This document shows, in pieces, positions 46,857 to 56,184 of a stretch of 64,000 bases of DNA. The position numbers and the translations under genes are program-made. The notes under the pieces are model-generated. The model was not told where the DNA came from, did no database searches, and saw only the letters and a list, made by a program, of their open reading frames with translations. Origin of the DNA: an uncultured Candidatus Saccharibacteria bacterium (lineage in GTDB: Bacteria; Patescibacteriota; Minisyncoccia; Phycocordibacterales; Phycocordibacteraceae); the NCBI GenBank assembly GCA_964634305.1, contig CAZWLE010000004.1, positions 35,059 to 99,058 on the forward strand, given 5' to 3'. Every line of letters begins with the position of its first letter. Within the stretch, counting starts at the first letter, position 1.

Positions 46857-47539
46857 GGATGTTTCTTTTTCGTATCCTTGTCCGTCCAAAGGCGAGGGAG
46901 CATCATCTCCGGTTTCCACTCACGAGCGAGCTTCTTTACGTCCGTTGAGCTCGAGTACTTACCGCTTGCGGCATAATCAGCACCCTCGATGACACCAGTC
47001 TCAAAGAAGACGAGCTGTGCGATGCGACGACCAACCACAAGGGGAATGATGTAGTTTTTGGAGTTGTTCGTAATCTCCATGGTCCAGCGATTGATGTAGC
47101 CGACGTCACCCCATCCTGCACACTTACATACTTCGATGAATGAGCGGCCGAGTGAGCTGCGTGCCTTCATCATAGTCGTGATGTGATTCTTGCCACCGAT
47201 GAATTCCTGCGTGTGCGCAAGAATGGTTTCTCCGGGACGAAGGACGATGACTTTGTCGTCGGGGCGGATGCCACCCTTCCAATCAAAGTTGTATTTCTTG
47301 AATGCTTCCGCCGCAGGAACAGCACGCTCTACCTTGTCAGCGCCCCATACGTGTTCAATGTGTGCTTTATCCCAAATGTTATAGAGCGCGTGGTTGTACT
47401 TAGGTGGCTGCTCTCGGAAAAAGTATTCACCGAGCGTGACGTCGTATGAGGACGTAGCGAGGTGACCGCGGTCGAACGGGGAAATAATAATGTCGCCCTT
47501 CTTCATTTCTTCCTGAATGCGTTTGTCGGAAAGTGCCAT
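46835..47539 (-). CDS. dcd: dCTP deaminase
   Basis: LSD..I, SYDVTLG, L.PGE..LA.T.E, ARSS.GR, GD.GY...WTMEI.N, RIAQL.F. Confidence 0.92.
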   Translation of the reverse strand: MALSDKRIQEEMKKGDIIISPFDRGHLATSSYDVTLGEYFFREQPPKYNHALYNIWDKAHIEHVWGADKVERAVPAAEAFKKYNFDWKGGIRPDDKVIVLRPGETILAHTQEFIGGKNHITTMMKARSSLGRSFIEVCKCAGWGDVGYINRWTMEITNNSKNYIIPLVVGRRIAQLVFFETGVIEGADYAASGKYSSSTDVKKLAREWKPEMMLPRLWTDKDTKKKHPWHKKTK

Positions 47540-47550
47540 AATGAGCTCGA

Positions 47551-48384
47551 TTATACGGCCATCGGCGCCTTTATCGTAGGGTGGCTCTCATACCCCTCGA
47601 GCTCTATGTCCTCCATGGTGAAGCCGTTGATATCTTTTACCTCGGGATTCAGTTTGAGCGTTGGCGGAGGAAATGCGTCGCGTCCGAGCTGTTCGTTCAC
47701 CGCGTCGAAGTGATTCTTATAGATGTGGGTGTCACCAAGCGAATGCACAAACTCATGTGCCTTAAGACCGGTGACCTGCGCGACCATATGGAGGAAGAGG
47801 GAATAGGAAGCGATGTTGAACGGCACGCCAAGGAACATGTCGCAGCTGCGCTGATGCATAAAGAGGGAGAGCTTTCCGTCAGCGACAAAGAATTGCATGA
47901 ACATATGGCACGGCGGGAGTGCCATAAGGTCGAGCTCTCCAGGATTCCAGGCAGTAACGATGAGGCGACGACTGGTTGGGTTCTCTTTAATTTCTTTGAT
48001 GAGATTCGCTATCTGGTCGACTTCGGTGCCGTCAGGACGCATCCAATGGCGCCACTGCACACCGTATACACGGCCGAGGTCGCCAGGGAATTTCGCCTTG
48101 TCTTTCCAGTAGGGCGCGTCTGCGTTCGCACTCCATATGGTTTTCTCACTCGCGTTTAACTCCTTAAGACGGTTCTCGTCACCGGTGCCTTCAAGAAACC
48201 ATAAGAGTTCGCTCTTCACCGCCTTCCACGCAAGCTTCTTTGTGGTGAGGGCAGGGAAGCCGTCTGCCATATTGAATCGCATCGTCTGTCCAAAGAGCGC
48301 GCGCGTGCCCGTTCCGGTGCGGTCGTCGCGGTCGACGCCTTCATCCATGACTTTCTTGAGAAGTTCGAGGTATGCCTTTTCCAT
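47551..48384 (-). CDS. thyA: Thymidylate synthase
   Basis: DRTGTGT, TTKK, ELLWFL, YGVQWR, MALPPCH, QRSCD.FLGVPFNIASY, HIY.NH, ends MAV. Confidence 0.98.
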   Translation of the reverse strand: MEKAYLELLKKVMDEGVDRDDRTGTGTRALFGQTMRFNMADGFPALTTKKLAWKAVKSELLWFLEGTGDENRLKELNASEKTIWSANADAPYWKDKAKFPGDLGRVYGVQWRHWMRPDGTEVDQIANLIKEIKENPTSRRLIVTAWNPGELDLMALPPCHMFMQFFVADGKLSLFMHQRSCDMFLGVPFNIASYSLFLHMVAQVTGLKAHEFVHSLGDTHIYKNHFDAVNEQLGRDAFPPPTLKLNPEVKDINGFTMEDIELEGYESHPTIKAPMAV

Positions 48385-48409
48385 GGCGCCTAGTATACTT
48401 GCCGCCATG
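48382..48409. promoter_or_regulatory. Palindromic bidirectional -10 promoter joining thyA and tmk start codons
   Basis: CATGGCGcCtAGTATACTtGcCGCCATG; TATACT on both strands, each 7 nt from an ATG. Confidence 0.75.
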
Positions 48410-49090
48410 CAAAAGGGCATATTGGTCGTCATCGACGGCATCGACGGTTCCGGGAAAGCAACCCAGGCACGGTTGCTTGCCGAGCGTCTTGAGAAGGAAG
48501 GACATGCGGTAGAGCGTATCGATTTCCCACGCTACGACGCACCGATGTTTGGTGAATTTTTGGGTGAGTGTCTTGCGGGAAAGCACGGGGACTTCCTTCA
48601 CCTCGACCCAAAGATTGCCTCGACCCTTTACGCACTCGACCGTTTTGAGGCCTCCCCACAAATTCGTACCTGGCTTGAGGAAGGGAAGGTAGTTGTCGCT
48701 GACCGTTTTGCGTCATCGAATCAGATTCACCAAGGCGGAAAGATAGTCGATGCAAGCCGCCGCGAAGCGTTTCTCGATTGGATAGGAAACATGGAGCATG
48801 AGGTACTTGGCGTGCCACGGCCTGATGCGGTCGTGTACCTGCGCGTCCCTGTTGAGGTGTCGTTGTCACTTCTTGCCAAGGAACGTGAGGCAAAGAATAA
48901 GGCGCTCGAAGGAGAAGCGCAGGATGTCGTCGAGAAGGACCGTATGTACCTCGAGCGCTCTATGGAATCGGCTGAGCATCTCTCCCATGAGCCAAACTGG
49001 CATGCGGTTGAGTGCGTTGAGGGCGAGGTACTTCGTACCCCTGAGGTCATTCACGAGGATGTGTATAAGGTAGTGAGCGGATTGCTATAG
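48407..49090 (+). CDS. tmk: Thymidylate kinase
   Basis: IDGIDGSGK.TQ, FP.Y, LYA.DR, DRF..SN, P.PD. Confidence 0.95.
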   Translation: MQKGILVVIDGIDGSGKATQARLLAERLEKEGHAVERIDFPRYDAPMFGEFLGECLAGKHGDFLHLDPKIASTLYALDRFEASPQIRTWLEEGKVVVADRFASSNQIHQGGKIVDASRREAFLDWIGNMEHEVLGVPRPDAVVYLRVPVEVSLSLLAKEREAKNKALEGEAQDVVEKDRMYLERSMESAEHLSHEPNWHAVECVEGEVLRTPEVIHEDVYKVVSGLL

Positions 49091-49151
49091 TTTCTCCATG
49101 GTATAGCGCGCCTCCCATTGAAAAGATTTATTTACGTAACGAAGGAGGCCT

Positions 49152-50411
49152 ATGTACGACCACATCAAAAAGCAGGATAAAGAGGTATACGACGCAATAG
49201 AAGGGGAGGAAGGACGCGAGCGCACGGGGCTTGAGCTCATTCCGTCTGAAAACTACGTATCGCTTGCGGTGCGCGAAGCAATGGGCAGCGTGCTCACGAA
49301 CAAATACTCAGAAGGGTACCCAGGTAAGCGCTACTACGGTGGCCAGACATACACTGATGTCGTTGAAGACCTCGCACGTGACCGCGCGAAGGAATTATTC
49401 GGTGCGCAGTTTGCAAACGTACAGCCACACGCAGGTGCACCAGCAAACATCGGTATGTACTTCGCCCTCCTTGAGCCAGGCGACACGGTTATGGGTATGG
49501 ACCTCTCACACGGTGGTCACCTCACGCACGGACATCCCGTCACCTACCTCACTAAAATCTTCAACTTCATCCGCTACAAGATGAAGGATGTCGATACGGG
49601 TGAAATCGATTACGACGAAATGCGTGCGGTCGCTAAAGAGCACAAGCCAAAGATTCTTCTTGCCGGATACTCTGCATACCCACGTGAACTCGACTACGCA
49701 AAGTTTGTCGACATCGCACGCGAAGTCGGCGCGATTGCAGTAATGGATGTGGCGCACATCGCGGGACTCATTGCCGGTAAGGCGGTAAAGAATCCGTTTG
49801 ATTATGGATTTGATGTCATGACGACCACCACGCACAAGACGCTTCGTGGTCCGCGCGGCGGCATGATTCTTACGCGTGAGAGTGAAGAGATTGCAAAAAA
49901 GATTGATAAGTCAGTCTTCCCAGGTCTGCAGGGTGGCCCATTGATGCACATGATTGCCGCAAAGGCCGTCTGTTTTGGCGAGGCGCTGCAGCCGTCATTT
50001 CAGACCTATGCTGCTCAGGTCGTGAAAAATGCTGCGGCTATGGCGGACGTATTCAACAAGGACGGTGCACGTCTTATCACCGGCGGCACCTCAAATCACC
50101 TCATTCTCGCGGATGTATGGTCGTCCTACGAAATCTCTGGCGGTGATGCGGAGAAGTTGCTCGACGAAGCGGGTATCACCCTCAACAAGAATTCCATTGC
50201 CGACGACACGCGTAAGCCAATGGACCCATCGGGTATTCGCTTCGGCACGCCAGCTATTACCACGCGCGGCTTCAAGGAAGCAGAATGTGCCCGTGTCGCA
50301 GAGCTCATGATTGAAGTCATGCGCAAACGTGATGACACAACGGTCGCGGCGACCAAGGCAGAGATAGCAAAAATAGCTGAGGCGCATCCGGTTCCAGAGG
50401 TGTTTGTGTAA
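49152..50411 (+). CDS. glyA: Serine hydroxymethyltransferase
   Basis: LI.SENY, NKYSEGYPGKRYYGG, GGHLTHG, TTTTHKTLRGPRGG, SGIR.GTPAITTRG; AAGGAGG SD. Confidence 0.98.
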   Translation: MYDHIKKQDKEVYDAIEGEEGRERTGLELIPSENYVSLAVREAMGSVLTNKYSEGYPGKRYYGGQTYTDVVEDLARDRAKELFGAQFANVQPHAGAPANIGMYFALLEPGDTVMGMDLSHGGHLTHGHPVTYLTKIFNFIRYKMKDVDTGEIDYDEMRAVAKEHKPKILLAGYSAYPRELDYAKFVDIAREVGAIAVMDVAHIAGLIAGKAVKNPFDYGFDVMTTTTHKTLRGPRGGMILTRESEEIAKKIDKSVFPGLQGGPLMHMIAAKAVCFGEALQPSFQTYAAQVVKNAAAMADVFNKDGARLITGGTSNHLILADVWSSYEISGGDAEKLLDEAGITLNKNSIADDTRKPMDPSGIRFGTPAITTRGFKEAECARVAELMIEVMRKRDDTTVAATKAEIAKIAEAHPVPEVFV

Positions 50412-50470
50412 AGTTCGATAGAACGTATAGTGCGGGTCTGGCACACAGTGTGCCGTGAGAGGAGCTTGAA

Positions 50471-50743
50471 ATGGCCGATAAAGAAACGCTGCTGCACTGT
50501 TCTTTCTGCGGAAAATCGCAAAAAGAAGTCAAGCACCTTATTGCCGGTCCGTCGGCGACGGCTGTTTGCGACGAATGTGTCGCCCTGTGTGTCGATATTC
50601 TGAAGGAGCTTCGTACCAAGGAGGAGAAAATCGCCGAGAAACAGGGTGAAATCAGAAACCTCGAAAAGCAAGCACGTGAACTCGCGGGAGTGAGCGATTT
50701 GCTTACGAGGGCTCGCGCAGATCTTGCTGCATTGCAAAAGTAA
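50471..50743 (+). CDS. Stand-alone ClpX-type C4 zinc finger plus coiled coil
   Basis: [18 protein letters not shown]....CDECV.LC.DIL, then a heptad helix and stop; no ATPase domain. Confidence 0.85.
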   Translation: MADKETLLHCSFCGKSQKEVKHLIAGPSATAVCDECVALCVDILKELRTKEEKIAEKQGEIRNLEKQARELAGVSDLLTRARADLAALQK

Positions 50744-50776
50744 CGCAATCAAGCGGTGGTGGATACGGCAGTGCAC

Positions 50777-50810
50777 AGACGCCCGGACCAAGGTCCGGGC
50801 GTTTTGTCTT
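50777..50810 (+). terminator. Intrinsic terminator
   Basis: ACGCCCGGACC-aa-GGTCCGGGCGT-tttgtctt. Confidence 0.7.
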
Positions 50811-50852
50811 TAGTAACAGCACGTCCTGATGCTATTTGCTACACTCCTTTGC

Positions 50853-52496
50853 ATGGAAGAGCAGATACGAGATGCCGTACGGAAAGCGCTTGCTGCGGCA
50901 GGTGCGGATGCTGTATTTGCAGTGGAGCGTCCTGCGGACGCCTCACATGGTGACTATGCAACGAATGCAGCCCTCGCTGCTGCAAAAGCGCTCGGTAAAA
51001 ACCCAAAGGCACTTGCTGAGGAGCTTGCGCCAGCAATACAGAACGCGCTCGGTGACGTAGTCTCAGATGTATCTGTTGCCGGACCCGGGTTCATTAACAT
51101 CACACTCTCACCCGAAACAGTACGTGCAGAGATAGCGCGTGCTGCGGAAGAAGGAACGACGTGGGGGAAGGGAACCGTGAATGACGGTAAGCGCATTATC
51201 GTTGAGTATTCCTGCCCGAATCCGTTTAAGGAGATGCACATCGGTCATCTCATGTCGACGATTATTGGTGAAGCAGTCTCGCGTGTTATTGAAGGGTCGG
51301 GAGCAACGGTCACTCGTGATTCGTATGGCGGGGATGTTGGTCCGCATGTTGCGAAAGCGCTCTGGGCACTACGGAAGGATGGGGTCACCGATGTAGCGAG
51401 CGCGAGCGAAGTGGATGCAGCGTATGCGCGTGGCAGCCGTGCGTACGCAGAAGACGAAGAGGCAAAGGCAGAAATCGATGCACTCAATGTCGCTATCTAC
51501 AAAGCGGAAGATTCGGCACTCATGGATTTGTGGGGTAAGTGTCGCGAGGTATGTCTTGAAGCATTTCGTGCACTCTACGCAAAACTCGGTACGAAATTCG
51601 ATTACTTCTTTTTTGAAAGTGACACCGCTCCTATTGGTACCGAGATAGTGAAAGACGGACTTCTGCGTGGCGTGTTTGAAGAGAGTGACGGTGCGGTTAT
51701 CTATAAAGGAGAGAAGAAGGGACTCCATACGCTCGTATTCCTTACGTCAAAAGGAACGCCAACCTACGAAGCAAAAGAGCTCGGCCTCGCGTTTTATAAG
51801 GAAGAGCGCATTCCATCGGACGAGTCGTACATCCTTACTGCAGCTGAGCAGGTAGGGCACTTTAATGTGGTAAAAGCGGCGCTCGAAGACATTGCGCCGC
51901 TAGTGGGTGCGAAGACGCATCACATACCGCATGGCTTCATGCGTCTTACCACCGGAAAGATGTCGAGTCGCGAAGGTAACACGGTGACGGCGGTCGCACT
52001 CTTACAAGAACTTTTTGATAAAGCGGCAGAGAGAAATGATGACCCAGTAATTGCAGAGCAGGTAGGTATCGCAGCGGTGAAGTACATGATTTTGCGCCAA
52101 GCATCAGGTGGCGACATCATCTATGACGCAGAACAGTCCCTCTCTCTTGAAGGTGATTCAGGTCCATACCTCCAGTACGCACTTGTACGTGCGCGCAAAA
52201 TCCTCGCGTATGGAGAAGGGAAGGGTGGGAGCGAAGAACCAGCACTGCCATACCCGATTGAGCGACTCATCATTCGTTTCCCTGAAGTAACGGCGCGCGC
52301 GGCAAGAGAGAAAGCGCCGCACCACATTGCGCAGTACCTCACAGAACTCGCTGCATCATGGAATTCGTTTTATGCGAGTGAGCAGGTGCTAGGCAGCCCT
52401 GAAGAAGCGTACAAACAGCGTGTCGCAAAAGCATTTGCAACGACTATGGAGAACGGGCTCGCGCTACTTGGGATACCCGCTCCAGAAAAAATGTAA
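50853..52496 (+). CDS. argS: Arginine--tRNA ligase
   Basis: HGDYATN.A, GPGFIN, EYS.PN..K.MHIGH, KMSSR.G, G.SGPYLQY, ends PEKM. Confidence 0.97.
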   Translation: MEEQIRDAVRKALAAAGADAVFAVERPADASHGDYATNAALAAAKALGKNPKALAEELAPAIQNALGDVVSDVSVAGPGFINITLSPETVRAEIARAAEEGTTWGKGTVNDGKRIIVEYSCPNPFKEMHIGHLMSTIIGEAVSRVIEGSGATVTRDSYGGDVGPHVAKALWALRKDGVTDVASASEVDAAYARGSRAYAEDEEAKAEIDALNVAIYKAEDSALMDLWGKCREVCLEAFRALYAKLGTKFDYFFFESDTAPIGTEIVKDGLLRGVFEESDGAVIYKGEKKGLHTLVFLTSKGTPTYEAKELGLAFYKEERIPSDESYILTAAEQVGHFNVVKAALEDIAPLVGAKTHHIPHGFMRLTTGKMSSREGNTVTAVALLQELFDKAAERNDDPVIAEQVGIAAVKYMILRQASGGDIIYDAEQSLSLEGDSGPYLQYALVRARKILAYGEGKGGSEEPALPYPIERLIIRFPEVTARAAREKAPHHIAQYLTELAASWNSFYASEQVLGSPEEAYKQRVAKAFATTMENGLALLGIPAPEKM

Positions 52497-52546
52497 TGTG
52501 CTAGGCTCCTCTGTACGGAGCATATCCGCTCTTGAGGAGGTGACCC

Positions 52547-52726
52547 ATGGACGGTGCTGACCGACCAGTAGAGGAACCAACCCTCAGTAAGAATCCTGAG
52601 CCAATCTTTCTACCGTTTTCCCGCGAACATCTCGATGCCACTGTGTATGGCTATGAGCGGGTTGAGCGTGAACGTACGCAACAAGAAGCGTACCTGAAAC
52701 AGCTGTTGGCTCTGCTGTTCTTCTGA
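52547..52726 (+). CDS. 59-aa orphan microprotein (below ORF-track cutoff)
   Basis: MDGADRPVEEPTLSKNPEPIFLPFSREHLDATVYGYERVERERTQQEAYLKQLLALLFF*; GAGGAGGT SD, own -10 and terminator. Confidence 0.65.
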   Translation: MDGADRPVEEPTLSKNPEPIFLPFSREHLDATVYGYERVERERTQQEAYLKQLLALLFF

Positions 52727-52728
52727 GG

Positions 52729-52764
52729 ACAGGCCCGCACGCACGTGCGGGCCTGTTTCCTTTT
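52729..52764 (+). terminator. Intrinsic terminator
   Basis: ACAGGCCCGCAC-gcac-GTGCGGGCCTGT-ttcctttt. Confidence 0.75.
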
Positions 52765-52790
52765 CTCTGAGCCGCCTATAGGATAGGGAA

Positions 52791-55598
52791 ATGGCTGAAA
52801 ACGGGCAGAAATCTGAGCATGCTACGCGCGAGGAAGCGACGCTCGCGTGGTGGCAGGAACAGAAGATTTTTCAAAAGACGCTCGAAAAACCAGCGCCCAA
52901 AGGCGACTACGTCTTTTATGACGGTCCACCATTTGCGACCGGTCTTCCACACTACGGACACATCGTTGCGTCCGTTCAAAAGGATGCGATTCCGCGTTAC
53001 TTCACGATGCGTGGGTACCGCGTACCGCGCATCTGGGGTTGGGACTGTCACGGTCTTCCGATTGAGAACATCGTTGAGAAGGAATTAGGGTTTAAGCACA
53101 AGAAGGACATTAAGGAGTACGGCATCGCAAAATTTAACGAGCGATGTCGAGAACAGGTCATGGCGTACGCTGCCGAGTGGGAGAAGGTGATTCCTCGCAT
53201 CGGACGCTTCGTCGACATGCAGCACCCGTACCGCACCATGGACAAGTCGTTTATGGAAAGTGTGTGGTGGGTGTTTAAGCAGTTGTTTGATAAAGGACTT
53301 GTGTACGAGGACTACCGCTCGATGCACATTTGTACGCGCTGCGAGACGACGCTTTCGCAAGCAGAAGTGTCGGAAGGGTACAAAGACGTAAAAGATATTG
53401 CAGTTACGGTGAAGTTCAAGCTAACGAATGCCGACACGCTCGGTGTGTCGGGTGATGTCTTCATGCTCGCGTGGACAACCACGCCGTGGACGTTGCCGGG
53501 CAATGTCGCACTCGCCGTCGGAAACGATATTACGTACGGTCTCTACGAAAAGGAGGGAGCACAGGTGATTGTGGCTGTAAGCCGCGAAGCAGCGGTAGGA
53601 GTCGATACGCCAACAAAGACCTGGAGGGGAAGTGAGCTCGTCGGTCTTTCATATGAACCACTCTTTGATTACTACGCATCCGACGCTACGCTCAAAAACC
53701 GTGAGAACGGCTGGAAGGTATATGCAGCTGATTTCATCACGGACGATAGTGGTACGGGTATCGCGCATGAAGCACCAGCCTTTGGCGCGGATGACTGGGA
53801 GCTCTTGAAGAAAGAGAATCTTCCGTTTGTGCAGCATGTTGCGTTCGACGGCACGATGAAGCCTGAAGTACGTGACTTCGCGGGTCTTGAAGTGAAGCCG
53901 CGTTCAGATGATGACCGCGAGCGTCTTGGCACCGATATTGCCGTACTTAAGTATCTGCAGGACCACGGCTTATTCTTTGCTAAAGAAAACATCACGCACT
54001 CGTATCCGCATTGTTGGCGTTGCGATACGCCGCTTCTTAACTATGCTACGTCGTCGTGGTTTGTATCAGTCACAAAGATTAAGAACAATCTTCTTGAGAA
54101 CGCGAAGAAAGTTAATTGGTCACCCGCACATATAAAGGAAGGTCGCTTTGGTAAATGGCTCGAAGGCGCACGTGACTGGTCTATCTCCCGTCAGCGTTTC
54201 TGGGCAAGCGTGATTCCACTCTGGGTGTGTGAGCAGTGTAAAGCGCAGAGAGTATTTGGTAGCGCTGCTGAACTTGAAGAAGCGAGTGGAACGAAGATAG
54301 ATGACCTCCATAAGCACATCGTTGATGAGGTGACGGTCTCCTGTTCCTGTGGAGGCGTGATGCACCGCATTCCTGATGTTCTTGATACCTGGTTTGACTC
54401 CGGGTCTATGCCGTATGGCTCGCGTCACTACCCGTTTGAGAACAAAAAAGAATTTGATGCGGTGTTTCCTGCACAGTTCATTGCGGAAGGTCTCGACCAG
54501 ACGCGCGCCTGGTTCTACTACCTGCATGTATTGGCAGGCGGTCTCTTTGGTAAGAGCGCGTTCCAGAACGTCATCGTGAACGGCATCGTGCTCGCAGAAG
54601 ACGGTCGCAAGATGTCTAAGAAGCTCAATAACTACCCAGACCCGATGCAGGTAGTAGAGCGATACGGTGCTGACGCGCTCCGCTTCTACCTCCTCTCATC
54701 ACCGGTCGTACAGGCAGAGAACCTCGCGTTTTCAGAAGCGGGTGTCGACGAAGTAGCGAAGAAGAACGTCGGACGCATGATGAACGTCCTCGCGTTCTAT
54801 CAGCTCTATGAAAACGATACGGCGCCGTCAGATAAGAGCCAGAATATCCTCGACCGCTGGTTGCTTGCGCGCCTTAATGAGTTGGTACACGAGACGACAA
54901 ACGGCTATGAACGCTATCAGCTTGATAGTGCGACACGTCCACTCTCACTCTTTATTGATGATGTGTCGACGTGGTATCTGCGTCGTTCACGTGACCGGTT
55001 TAAGGAAGAAGGGAATGACACTGCAGAGGCGCTTGCGACCATGCGCTACGTACTGCGTACCACTGCAACCGTTATGGCACCTGTCATGCCGTTTCTTGCT
55101 GACGAGCTCTACCGCGCAACACGCACGGATAGTGACCCAGAAAGTGTGCACTTAGCATCGTGGCCAGACGCACAGAAGGCATCCTGGCTCGAGTCACTCT
55201 TTGCGAAAAAGAGCACACTGGTCGCTGACATGCAGCGCACGCGCACGCTTGCGTCCGAAGCACTCATGCTTCGGCAGAAAGCGAATGTGAAAGTACGCCA
55301 ACCACTCGCGTCGCTCTCTGTCCCTGGCACGCTTTTCGCTGAACTCTCAGCGATACTCGCTGACGAGGTAAATGTACGAGAGATACGTGAGAATGCAGCA
55401 GAACTCTCACTTGATACGGCACTTACGCCAGAACTTATCGCTGCTGGTGATGAACGTGAGAAAGCACGTGCAGTTGCCGATGCGCGTAAGCAACTAAATC
55501 TCTCACCAAAAGATACGGTGACCGTAGCGTGGGGAAGTGGTCCGTACTCGGTCGAACTCTCGAGCGGTACGGTTGCGTTCTCTGTTACTAAGGTGTGA
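52791..55598 (+). CDS. ileS: Isoleucine--tRNA ligase (type 2, archaeal/eukaryote-like)
   Basis: FYDGPPFATGLPHYGH, GWDCHGLP, AWTTTPWTLP.N, DWSISRQRFW, DQTRAWFY, KMSKK; no C-terminal Zn finger. Confidence 0.96.
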   Translation: MAENGQKSEHATREEATLAWWQEQKIFQKTLEKPAPKGDYVFYDGPPFATGLPHYGHIVASVQKDAIPRYFTMRGYRVPRIWGWDCHGLPIENIVEKELGFKHKKDIKEYGIAKFNERCREQVMAYAAEWEKVIPRIGRFVDMQHPYRTMDKSFMESVWWVFKQLFDKGLVYEDYRSMHICTRCETTLSQAEVSEGYKDVKDIAVTVKFKLTNADTLGVSGDVFMLAWTTTPWTLPGNVALAVGNDITYGLYEKEGAQVIVAVSREAAVGVDTPTKTWRGSELVGLSYEPLFDYYASDATLKNRENGWKVYAADFITDDSGTGIAHEAPAFGADDWELLKKENLPFVQHVAFDGTMKPEVRDFAGLEVKPRSDDDRERLGTDIAVLKYLQDHGLFFAKENITHSYPHCWRCDTPLLNYATSSWFVSVTKIKNNLLENAKKVNWSPAHIKEGRFGKWLEGARDWSISRQRFWASVIPLWVCEQCKAQRVFGSAAELEEASGTKIDDLHKHIVDEVTVSCSCGGVMHRIPDVLDTWFDSGSMPYGSRHYPFENKKEFDAVFPAQFIAEGLDQTRAWFYYLHVLAGGLFGKSAFQNVIVNGIVLAEDGRKMSKKLNNYPDPMQVVERYGADALRFYLLSSPVVQAENLAFSEAGVDEVAKKNVGRMMNVLAFYQLYENDTAPSDKSQNILDRWLLARLNELVHETTNGYERYQLDSATRPLSLFIDDVSTWYLRRSRDRFKEEGNDTAEALATMRYVLRTTATVMAPVMPFLADELYRATRTDSDPESVHLASWPDAQKASWLESLFAKKSTLVADMQRTRTLASEALMLRQKANVKVRQPLASLSVPGTLFAELSAILADEVNVREIRENAAELSLDTALTPELIAAGDEREKARAVADARKQLNLSPKDTVTVAWGSGPYSVELSSGTVAFSVTKV

Positions 55599-56161
55599 GA
55601 CCTCGGTACGGCACTCCCGGTATTGTTCTCGCACGCACTACGCTTGCGGAAGCAAGCGCGCTCGTTTCAATTCTCACGCCAGAATTTGGATTAGTGAAAG
55701 CGCGCGCTCAGGGCGTTAAAAAGCCGGGCGCAAAGCTCGCTCCTGCACTCCAGACGCTTGCGGAGAGCGACATGATATTTGTGCGCGGGAAAGACGGATG
55801 GCGATTGCCGGGAGCGAACCTTGATAAGAACTGGGCGACAGTGCTCGCGCCAGCTGCGCGTCAGCGTGCCGGACGACTCGCACTTCTCATGCTTCGCCTC
55901 ATGCGCGGCGAATCATCAGATGCGGCACCTTATTTCATACTCAAAGGATTTCTTGAAGTACTGCCGACGCTTGATGAAACACATGCAGATGCAGCAGAGA
56001 CGCTTGCGGCACTTCGTATTCTGCGTGCGCTCGGATTTGATGCAGGCACCATGCCAGGCACGGAAGGAGAGTATGACGAGGAGACGCTCACAGCAGTTAT
56101 CGCGGATAGAAAGAACATTATTCTTCGCGTGAATCGTGGTATTGAAGCATCAGGATTGTAG
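55595..56161 (+). CDS. recO: DNA repair protein RecO (short)
   Basis: T.GIVL.....EA......LT...G...A.A.G.KK...KL OB-fold; GTGA overlap with ileS. Confidence 0.85.
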   Translation: MRPRYGTPGIVLARTTLAEASALVSILTPEFGLVKARAQGVKKPGAKLAPALQTLAESDMIFVRGKDGWRLPGANLDKNWATVLAPAARQRAGRLALLMLRLMRGESSDAAPYFILKGFLEVLPTLDETHADAAETLAALRILRALGFDAGTMPGTEGEYDEETLTAVIADRKNIILRVNRGIEASGL

Positions 56162-56184
56162 CTGCGCGGTATACTACGCACAGC

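Noticed and set aside
48137-48441. Mutually overlapping extensions of thyA and tmk
   Set aside because: Conserved N-termini begin at 48384 and 48407; each extension is the antisense of the other gene.
52497-52790. T-box riboswitch upstream of ileS
   Set aside because: No T-box consensus (AAnnnGGGTGGnACC); the space holds an ORF with an SD and a terminator.
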